This document shows positions 1-9,735 of a stretch of DNA of 64,000 nucleotides, piece by piece (position 1 is the stretch's first letter; each line of letters begins with the position of its first letter). Origin of the DNA: Nemertoderma westbladi (taxonomy: Eukaryota; Animalia; Xenacoelomorpha); the NCBI GenBank assembly GCA_032718475.1, contig JAUCBJ010002777.1:64794-128793 (forward strand), given 5' to 3'. A model generated the notes under the pieces. The model was not told the DNA's origin, did not search any database, and saw only the letters and a list, made by a program, of their open reading frames with translations. Both the position numbers and the translations under genes were made by a program.

Positions 1-101
1 TAAAATTGAGCGACTGTATCACAAAATCAGGTTTTGAGAAATTTACCCACACCACCAATCAATCAAAGAAAGGGGGACAGTACGTGTTCACCCCTTTTAA
101 T

Positions 102-119
102 CCCCCCCCCCCCCCCCCC
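102..119. repeat. poly-C tract (C18)
   Basis: 18 consecutive C read directly from the sequence. Confidence 0.95.
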
Positions 120-199
120 ACCCTTCCCAACCACCAATACATAACCGCGACATCTACCACCCACGGAAGGGTAGCACGAACTTATTTCCAATCGCACGT

Positions 200-492
200 T
201 CAATATGCAAAGCCAGGTGGTTTATAGGAATATAATAAACGCAGTACTCGTATTCATTATAAGCCTCGTTGCGTTCGTCCTGTTTTGTATTTAAATATAT
301 TTCTTAAACGCAGGCTAGGACGTTCTTTATAATAATAATAACTAGGGATGCGATCAATATGTGAAGCCAGGTGGTTTATATAATAATTTAGTCAACGCAG
401 TACTCGTCTTCATTATATGCCTCGTTGCGCTCGTCGCTTGTCCTGTTTTGTTATAAAATATTTTTCCTAAACGCAGACTGACGATCTTTATA
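200..492. repeat. Diverged two-copy tandem duplication, period ~154 bp
   Basis: 200-331 and 354-492 share tcaatatg..aagccaggtggtttata..aacgcagtactcgt.ttcattata.gcctcgttgcg.tcgtc..tcctgttttgt..taaacgcag.ct..acg.tctttata with small indels. Confidence 0.9.
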
Positions 493-993
493 CAGTTATA
501 ACTATGCGAAGTTTCGAAACTGTGCGAGTAACTGTTGATACATCTATGTGGATATGTGTGATATGTGGAGATGTGTGATACAACGCCAACGCATCTTATG
601 CCGATGTAGTAATATGGGTATTGAAATAATATTAAATTAATGTACACTCTTAAAGCTGCAGCGAAAAAATGTAGCTAATTTCCTAGGTTACATATAAAAT
701 AATAATATTATTTTTAAGAACATTAATTTTACTACTTTGCAAAAATTCAATTAAAAAATAACCAGACATATACATTGTGGAATAAACTATTTCAGAAGCC
801 TACACAACAGCCATGCCATGGATAGTATTTATGTTATGATATCTGTCATTCACCTGAGATAGCAATACAACATTTATAGTGAATTTAAAGAATGCTGTCT
901 GGGCTGGAATAGCAATACTGGTTGTCTATTACTATTCCTCTCTGGTTAGTCTTAGCAACAACTCCCAGCCAGCAGCAGAGACTTGACCAATAA

Positions 994-1016
994 TCATTCC
1001 CAGCAACTGGGAATGA
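994..1016. other. Perfect hairpin, 10-bp stem and 3-nt loop
   Basis: tcattcccag-caa-ctgggaatga; the arms are exact reverse complements. Confidence 0.85.
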
Positions 1017-1369
1017 CACACACATCCCATCTATGTACCAGCATGTTGGCCAATAAATGAGCAGTATTTAATGAGAATAAATTTTTTTTGCCGTTTTAAT
1101 TACTTTAGATCAATTAAAGACACAATTATTAAAGCAAATCACTTGAACTAATTAAAAACTATAATAGAATGGCGTATGGGGATTACATCTGTATAATTTT
1201 TAATTATAATTATTTAAATCTTATACTGTAAAACAATTAATTTCCTTTAAAAGGCAGGTTGAAAATGGTGTTTTTACCGTAATAACTTAATTAACTAATT
1301 AACTGCTATTATCTTAGCTTCTCGAAGGCCACACTGAAATTCTACTTGGAAAATTTCTAAACTTTTGCC

Positions 1370-1533
1370 AAACAACATGTGTACCAAGTTTGGATAGATT
1401 TCATCAAAGATTGGCCGAGTTATTAACGTTTAAAATTGAACACGACAGAACGACAGAACGACAGAACGACAGAACGACAGGTTGATTAATGGTACCACTA
1501 CGCTAAGGCTCACTCACTTCGTGGCTCGCCCCA
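1370..1533 (+). mobile_element. Possible 3' part of a non-autonomous Helentron-associated (HINE/DINE-1-like) element
   Basis: Order of parts resembles invertebrate HINEs as I recall them: 'atgtgtaccaagtttgg...gagttat' core, then an ACAG-rich microsatellite, then a short GC-rich tail (ggctcactcacttcgtggctcgcccca). Pattern resemblance only; the 5' boundary is not defined. Confidence 0.35.
1442..1480. repeat. (ACGACAGA)x~5 microsatellite
   Basis: Perfect 8-bp tandem repeat read directly. Confidence 0.95.
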
Positions 1534-2532
1534 CACTTCACTTTCACTTATACTTCACTCTTCACTTCAGCCAATCATCGGAAATTATAAATGTATTGCT
1601 TCGTTAATTGGTTGGATTCGAACGGAAATTGTTGTTGCTAGGATCTTTTCACAACAATTCCCAAACTTATTAAAATTTCGGTCATTTTGATTAAAGATTT
1701 TAGAACAATTAATTACAATAAGGCAGTTTTTGACATTTATTTATGTTCTAGAACATCACGCGGCCAAAAAAATGTATTTAATTGTTATGCATGGTATAGC
1801 TAGTATTTTTGGATTAGCTAGTGATTTAAAAAACAAAAAGTTTACAAATATTGGTTTTTAAAAATGTTCCTAAACACGTACCAAAACACCTATGTACAGT
1901 AGATTGGGGATAATCAATCTTTCCACGGTATCGAGTATTTTAAAAAGCTATTTTAGATATTACGAAAGAAATTATTTTTATCTTTTTATCCTATGAAAAT
2001 GGTTTTATCATGAGGTTTTTTGTTATAGAATAAATATTTGACCTTCTGACTGTAAGTACTGTAGCTAACAATTTTTTGTGTGAGCTAGTAGCCTACATGT
2101 TATTAGATTGTAAGAAAATTAAAATTATACTTTACTCATCAATTAAATTTCTCTGAAATAATTTATGAAACATAGCTAGTAATTTGTATTTGATAATCAG
2201 GATAGCTAGTAATTATTTGCTACTGTAGCTAGTTGTTTTTTACAAAATATACAGTAGAGATGGCTGTCAAAATACAGTTTGTGGCCTACTATTCAGAAAT
2301 GTAAATTATATACTTTTTTTTATTTTAACAATTTAATTTAATACGGGTTGTATAACGATCCTTGTACTATTTAATTTTTTTTCTGAAAAAAATGTTCTAG
2401 AACTTAATTTATTGCTAACATGTTCCGATCCGGTTCTATACCAGTGGCTCCAGTGCCAACCTTTTTTTAAAAAATAGCAAAAACTATCTAGCAAAAAATT
2501 GGTCTATGGGTACCCAAGGTGTAGTAAAGCCC

Positions 2533-2845
2533 AGGGCTCTAACTGCTGAGGACACCAAATCTCTGGAAAGCACATTCATAAGAATGCTACGTCAGGTTCA
2601 TTGTGTCAACTACAGTACAATGCACATATTTCCAACCAGACACTATATAACATTGGAGGTGTCTCATTGGTTCCCCCAAGCTTGACACTAGAACAAAGCC
2701 GCCTCCGCTTTGCAAAAAATTGCTTTGGTCGTGTGGACCAGCCTATACACAATCTTAGTCGCCTCTTAACTGACTAACCTCTTAACACTGGCCTTGAAGA
2801 TACGGATAATCTCGCGATAGTCATGGGGATAGGGAGTTGTGACGG
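2533..2845 (+). mobile_element. Degraded non-LTR retrotransposon (RTE/RTE-X-like) ORF2 C-terminal fragment
   Basis: Manual translation: ALTAEDTKSLESTFIRMLRQVHCVNY / frameshift / NAHISNQTLYNIGGVSLVPPSLTLEQSRLRFAKNCFGRVDQPIHNL ... TGLEDTDNLAIVM / frameshift / DREL*R. This follows the post-RT motif order of RTE-type LINEs (W.LT....L....RMLR, H..N..LY, RRLRFAGHC, DTGL..M.DR..WR), with frameshifts, a stop and an internal deletion. Confidence 0.8.
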
Positions 2846-2967
2846 TGCAACCTTGTACAGTAGATAACAATGGGGATATCACACTAGAGGTGCCACGTTT
2901 TAACGGATCTCGTGGACCTCGCAAGGTTACAATAGTGCCGGCCCAAACCATAATTAAAACAGTAATT

Positions 2968-2982
2968 TAACCCTAACCCTAA
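2968..2982 (-). repeat. Short interstitial telomere-like (TTAGGG)2.5
   Basis: taaccctaaccctaa on the + strand. Confidence 0.6.
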
Positions 2983-3120
2983 GTCATGAGGCTCTAATTA
3001 ATAAATTTTTGCAAAAATTATTTACCCTCCACTTCTGGTCTTAGCTTACCCATCACCTCCTTCAAATTTATATGCGAATTTTGCTTCAAAAGTAACCTTT
3101 TGATCTTACTTGTATATTAT

Positions 3121-3315
3121 GAAGTGTTCCCTTCAAACAGAAGTAAACACTTGCGTTTTATTCAAATCAACCAGAAAACACTTCCCTCTACACTTCACTC
3201 TACACTTCACTCTTCACTTCACTCTATTTTTATTCAAGCACAAGAAGTATCTTTGAAGTGTTTGCGAGTGTTTACTTGAAGTGAAAGTGTTTACTTGTTT
3301 TTATTCAAACCACCC
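3121..3315. mobile_element. Foldback/MITE-like segment with internal direct and inverted repeats
   Basis: aagtaaacacttgc (3141-3154) is inverted at gcgagtgtttactt (3264-3277, 1 mismatch) and aagtgtttactt (3285-3296). tttattcaa occurs three times. cacttcactct occurs three times (~3191-3225), and a related cacttcac run sits at ~1534-1569. Confidence 0.45.
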
Positions 3316-3344
3316 GCAGTGCAGTGCAGTACTTTAGTGCAGTA

Positions 3345-6300
3345 GCAATGACGTCCAGGTGGGATCGATCCGGTGACCTCCGAGTTGGATCGAACCGGTG
3401 ACCTCCGGGTTGGATCGAACTGGTGACCTCCGGGTTGGAGGAAGTGGGCAATGACGTCCACGTGGGATCGAACTGGTGACGTCCAGGTGGGATCGAACTG
3501 GTGACGTCCAAGTGGGATCAAACCGGTGACCTCCGGGTGGGATCAAACTGGTGTCCTCCAGGTGGGACCGAACTGGTGACCTCCGGGTTGGATCGAACTG
3601 GGGACCTCCGGGTGGGATCGAACTGGGGACCTCCGGGTGGGATCGAACTGGTGTCCTCTGGGTGGGATCGAACTGGTGACCTCCGGGTTGGGATCCGGGA
3701 TCGAACTGGTGACCTCCGGGTTGGAGGAAGTCGGCAATGACGTCCAGGTGGGATCGAACAGGTGACCTCCGGGTTGGAGGAAGTCGGCAATGACGTCCAG
3801 GTGGGATGGAACTGGTGACCTCCGGGTTGGAGGAAGTCGGCAATGACGTCCAGGTGGGATCGAACTGGTGACCTCCGGGTTGGAGGAAGTCGGCAATGAC
3901 GTCCAGGTGGGATCGAACTGGTGACCTCCGGGTTGGAGGAAGTCGGCAATGACGTCCAGGTGGGATCGAACAGGTGACCTCCGGGTTGGAGGAAGTCGGC
4001 AATGACGTCCAGGTGGGATCGAACTGGTGACCTCCGGGTTGGAGGAAGTCGGCAATGACGTCCAGGTGGGATCGAACTGGTGACCTCCGGGTTGGAGGAA
4101 GTCGGCAATGACGTCCAGGTGGGATCGAACTGGTGACCTCCGGGTTGGAGGAAGTCGGCAATGACGTCCAGGTGGGATCGAACTGGTGACCTCCGGGTTG
4201 GAGGAAGTCGGCAATGACGTCCAGGTGGGATCGAACTGGTGACCTCCGGGTTGGAGGAAGTCGGCAATGACGTCCAGGTGGGATCGAACTGGTGACCTCC
4301 GGGTTGGAGGAAGTCGGCAATGACGTCCAGGTGGGATCGAACTGGTGACCTCCGGGTTGGAGGAAGTCGGCAATGACGTCCAGGTGGGATCGAACTGGTG
4401 ACCTCCGGGTTGGAGGAAGTCGCAATGACGTCCAGTGGGATGAACTGGTGACCTCCGGGTTGGAGGAAGTCGGCAATGACGTCCAGGTGGGATCGAACTG
4501 GTGACCTCCGGGTTGGAGGAAGTCGGCAATGACGTCCAGGTGGGATCGAACTGGTGACCTCCGGGTTGGAGGAAGTCTGGCAATGACGTCCAGGTGGGAT
4601 GGAACTGGTGACCTCCGGGTTGGAGGAAGTCGGCAATGACGTCCAGGTGGGATGGAACTGGTGACCTCCGGGTTGGAGGAAGTCGGCAATGACGTCCAGG
4701 TGGGATGGAACTGGTGACCTCCGGGTTGGAGGAAGTCGGCAATGACGTCCAGGTGGGATGGAACTGGTGACCTCCGGGTTGGGATCGAACTGGGGACCTC
4801 CGGGTTGGATCGACCTGGTGACAATCGGGTTGGGATTTGGGATCGAAATGGTGACCTCCGGGTGGGATCAAACTGGGACCTCCGGGTGGGATCGAACTGG
4901 TGACCTCCGGGTGGGATCGAACTGGTGACCTCCGGGTTGGATCGAACTGGTGACGTCCAGGTGGGATCGAACTGGTGAACTCCGTGTTGGATCGAACTGG
5001 GACCTCCGGGTGGGATCGAACTGGTGATCTCCGGGTGGAATCGAACTGGGACCTCCGGTTTGGATCAAACTGGTGACCTCCGGGTGGGATCGAACTGGTG
5101 ACCTCCGGGTTGGATCGAACTGGTGTCCTCCAGGTGGGACCGAACTGGTGACCTCCGGGTTGGATCGAACTAGGGACCTCCGGGTGGGATCGAACTGGTG
5201 ACCTCCGGGTTGGGATCCGGGATCGAACTGGCGACGTCCAGGTGGGATCGAACTGGTGACGTCCAGGTGGGATCGAACTGGTGACGTCCAGGTGGGATCG
5301 AACTGGTGACCTCCGGGTTGGATCGAACTGGTGTCCTCCAGGTGGGACCGAACTGGTGACCTCCGGGTTGGATCGAACTAGGGACCTCCGGGTGGGATCG
5401 AACTGGTGACCTCCGGGTTGGGATCCGGGATCGAACTGGCGACGTCCAGGTGGGATCGAACTGGTGACGTCCAGGTGGGATCGAACTGGTGACGTCCAAG
5501 TGGGGTCGAACTGGTGACCTCCGGGTGGGATCGAACTGGTGACCTCCGAGTTGGAGGAAGTCGGCAATGACGTCCAGGTGGGATCGAACTGACGACCTCC
5601 GGGTTGGATCGAACTGGGGACCTCCGGGTGGGATCGAACTGGTGACCTCCGGGTTGGATCGAACTGGGGACCTCCGGGTGGGATCCGGGATCGAACTGGT
5701 GACCTCCGGGTTGGATCGAACTGGTGACCTCCGGGTTGGGATCCGGGATCGAACTGGTGACCTCCGGGTTGGATCGAACTGGTGACCTCCGGGTTGGGAT
5801 CCGGGATCGAACTGGTGACCTCCGGGTTGGATCGAACTGGGGACCTCCGGGTGGGATCGAACCGGTGACCTCCGGGTTGGATCGAACTGGGGACCTCCGG
5901 GTGGGATCGAACTGGTGACCTCCGGGTGGGATCGAACTGGTGACCTCCGGGTTGGATCGAACTGGGGACCTCCGGGTGGGATCGAACTGGGGACCTCCGG
6001 GTGGGATCGAACTGGTGACCTCCGGGTTGGGATTGAACTGGGACCTCCGGGTTGGATCGAACTGGGGACCTCCGGGTTGGGATCGAACTGGGGACCTCCG
6101 GGTGGGATCGAACTGGTGACCTCCGGGTTGGATCGAACTGGTGACCTCCGGGTGGGATCGAACTGGTGACCTCCGGGTTGGATCGAACTGGGGACCTCCG
6201 GGTGGGATCGAACTGGGGACCTCCGGGTGGGATCGAACTGGTGACCTCCGGGTTGGGATCAAACTGGGACCTCCGGGTTGGATCGAACTGGTGACCTCCG

Positions 6301-9300
6301 GGTTGGGATCGAACTGGGACCTCCGGGTTGGATCGAACTGGGGACCTCCGGGTTGGGATCGAACTGGGGACCTCCGGGTGGGATCGAACTGGTGACCTCC
6401 GGGTTGGATCGAACTGGGGACCTCCGGGTGGGATCGAACTGGGGACCTTCCGGGTTGGATCGAACTGGGGACCTCCGGGTGGGATCGAACTGGTGACCTC
6501 CGGGTTGGATCGAACTGGTGACCTCCGGGTGGGACCGAACTGGTGACCTCTGGGTGGGATCGAAATAGTGACCTCTGGGTGGGATCGAACTGGTGACCTC
6601 TGGGTGGGATCGGACTGGTGACCTCCGGGTTGGATCGAACTGGGGACCTCCGGGTGGGATCGAACCGGTGACCTCCGGGTTGGATCGAACTGGGGACCTC
6701 CGGGTGGGATCGAACTGGTGACCTCCGGGTGGGATCGAACTGGTGACCTCCGGGTTGGGATTGAACTGGGACCTCCGGGTTGGATCGAACTGGGGACCTC
6801 CGGGATGGGATCGAACTGGGGACCTCCGGGTGGGATCGAACTGGTGACCTCCGGGTTGGATCGAACTGGTGACCTCCGGGTGGGATCGAACTGGTGACCT
6901 CCGGGTTGGATCGAACTGGGGACCTCCGGGTGGGATCGAACTGGGGACCTCCGGGTGGGATCGAACTGGTGACCTCCGGGTTGGGATCAAACTGGGACCT
7001 CCGGGTTGGATCGAACTGGTGACCTCCGGGTTGGGATCGAACTGGGACCTCCGGGTTGGATCGAACTGGGGACCTCCGGGTTGGGATCGAACTGGGGACC
7101 TCCGGGTGGGATCGAACTGGTGACCTCCGGGTTGGATCGAACTGGGGACCTCCGGGTGGGATCGAACTGGGGACCTTCCGGGTTGGATCGAACTGGGGAC
7201 CTCCGGGTGGGATCGAACTGGTGACCTCCGGGTTGGATCGAACTGGTGACCTCCGGGTGGGACCGAACTGGTGACCTCTGGGTGGGATCGAAATAGTGAC
7301 CTCTGGGTGGGATCGAACTGGTGACCTCTGGGTGGGATCGGACTGGTGACCTCCGGGTTGGATCGAACTGGGGACCTCCGGGTGGGACCGAACTGGTGAC
7401 CTCTGGGTGGGATCGAACTGGTGACCTCCGGGTTGGGATCCGGGATCGAACTGGTGACCTCCGGGTGGGATCGAACTGGGGACCTCCGGGTGGGATCGAA
7501 CTGGCGACCTCCGGGTTGGGATCCGGGATCGAACTGGGGACCTCCGGGTGGGATCGAACTGGTGACCTCCGGGTGGGATCGAACTGGTGCACTCCGGGTG
7601 GGATCGAACTGGTGACCTCCGGGTGGGATCGAACTGGGGACCTCCGGGTGGGATCGAACTGGTGACCTCCGGGTGGGATCGAACTGGCGACCTCCGGGTT
7701 GGGATCCGGGATCGAACTGGTGACCTCCGGGTGGGATCGAACTGGTGACCTCTGGGTGGGATCGAACTGGTGACCTCCGGGTTGGATCGAACTGGGGACC
7801 TCCGGGTTGGATCGAACTGGTGACCTCCGGATTGGATCGAACTGGGGACCTCCGGGTGGGATCGAACTGGTGACCTCCGGGTGGGATCGAACTGGCGACC
7901 TCCGGGTTGGATCGAACTGGTGACCTCCGGGTTGGGATCCGGGATCGAACTGGTGACCTCCGGGTTGGATCGAACTGGTGACCTCCGGGTTGGGATCCGG
8001 GATCGAACTGGTGACCTCCGGGTAGGATCGAACTGGGGACCTCCGGGTTGGATCGAACTGGTGACCTCCGGGTTGGGATCCGGGATCGAACTGGCGACCT
8101 CCGGGTTGGGATCCGGGATCGAACTGGTGACCTCCGGGTTGGATCGAACTGGTGACCTCCGGGTTGGGATCCGGGATCGAACTGGTGACCTCCGGGTTGG
8201 ATCGAACTGGGGACCTCCGGGTTGGATCGAACTGGTGACCTCCGGGTTGGGATCCGGGATCGAACTGGTGACCTCCGGGTGGGATCGAACTGGTGACCTC
8301 CGGGTTGGGATCCGGGATCGAACTGGCGACCTCCGGGTTGGGATCCGGGATCGAACTGGTGACCTCCGGCTGGGATCGAACTGGTGTCCTCTGGGTGGGA
8401 TCGAACTGGTGACCTCCGGGTTGGGATCCGGGATCGAACTGGTGACCTCCGGGTTGGATCGAACTGGTGACCTCCGGGTTGGGATCCGGGATCGAACTGG
8501 GGACCTGCGGGTTGGGTCGAACTGGGGACCTCCAGGTTGGATCGAACTGGTGACCTCCGGGTTGGGATCCGGGATCGAACTGGTGACCTCCGTGTGGGAT
8601 CGAACTGGTGACCTCCGGGTTGGGATCCGGGATCGAACTGGTGACCTCCGGGTTGGGATCGGGGTCGAACTGGTGACCTCCGGGTTGGATCGAACTGGTG
8701 ACCTCCGGGTTGGATCGAACTGGTGACCTCCGGGTTGGGATCCGGGTTCGAACTGGGGACCTCCGGGGTGGATCGAACTGGTGACCTCCGGGTGGGATCG
8801 AACTGGTGACCTCCGGGTGGGATCGAACTGGTGACCTCTGGGTTGGATCGAACTGGGGACCTCCGGGTGGGATCGAACTGGCGACCTCCGGGTTGGGATC
8901 CGGGATCGAACTGGTGACCTCCGGGTTGGATCGAACTGGTGACCTCCGGGTTGGGTTCCGGGATCGAACTGGTGACCTCCGGGTTGGATCGAACTGGTGA
9001 CCTCCGGTTGGGATCCGGGATCGAACTGGGGACCTCCGGGGTGGATCGAACTGGTGACCTCCGGGTGGGATCGAACTGGTGACCTCCGGGTGGGATCGAA
9101 CTGGTGACCTCCGGGTGGGATCGAACTGGTGACCTCCGGGTTGGGATCCGGGATCGAACTGGTGACCTCCGGGTTGGGAACCGGGATCGAACTGGTGACC
9201 TCCGGGTGGGATCGAACTGGTGACCTCCGGGTTGGGATCCGGGATCGAACTGGTGACCTCCGGGTTGGGATCCGGGATCGAACTGGTGACCTCCGGGTTG

Positions 9301-9726
9301 GGATCCGGGATCGAACTGGTGACATCCGGGTGGGATCGAACTGGTAACCTCCGGGTTGGGATCCGGGATCGAACTGGTGACCTCCGGGTTGGATCGAACT
9401 GGTGACCTCCGGGTTGGATCGAACTGGTGACCTCCGGGTTGGGATCCGGGATCGAACTGGTGACCTCCGGGTTGGGATCCGGGATCGAACTGGTGACCTC
9501 CGGGTTCGATCGAACTGGTGACCTCCGGGTTCGATCGAACTGGTGACCTCCGGGTTGGATCAAACTGGTAACCTCCGGGTTGGGATCCGGGATCGAACTG
9601 GGGACCTCCGGGGTGGGAGGAACTGGTGACCTCCGGGTGGGATCGAACTGGTGACCACCGGGTGGGATCGAACTGGTGACCTCCGGGTGGGATCGAACTG
9701 GTGACCTTCGGGTTGGGATCCGGGAT
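3345..9726. repeat. Array 1: GC-rich minisatellite, 25-bp monomer GATCGAACTGG(T/G)GACCTCCGGG(T)(G/T)G with 33-bp and 53-bp derivatives
   Basis: Continuous tandem repetition. The 33-bp unit ctggtgacctccgggttgggatccgggatcgaa becomes common after ~7430. Over 200 units by length estimate. Confidence 0.98.
3706..4763. repeat. 53-bp dimeric sub-array within array 1 (~20 copies)
   Basis: Unit ctggtgacctccgggttggaggaagtcggcaatgacgtccaggtgggatcgaa; period checked at 3841 to 3894. It consists of 28-bp and 25-bp diverged versions of the basic monomer. Confidence 0.95.
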
Positions 9727-9735
9727 TTACTTTGC

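Noticed and set aside
6-647. ORFs 6..227 and 354..647
   Set aside because: They are short and run through a poly-C tract and a diverged duplication, with no recognisable domain.
2766-2951. Minus-strand 61-aa ORF
   Set aside because: It lies antisense to the LINE relic and is most likely incidental.
2968-2982. True telomere or chromosome end
   Set aside because: Only 2.5 units, with unique sequence on both sides.
4418-4445. Cluster of three single-base deletions in one 53-bp unit
   Set aside because: Clustered single-base deletions in an otherwise homogeneous block are more likely long-read consensus error than biology.
3345-9726. Functional tRNA genes
   Set aside because: Only variable-loop/T-arm-like sequence is present. 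No D arm/A box, anticodon hairpin or acceptor pairing was found.
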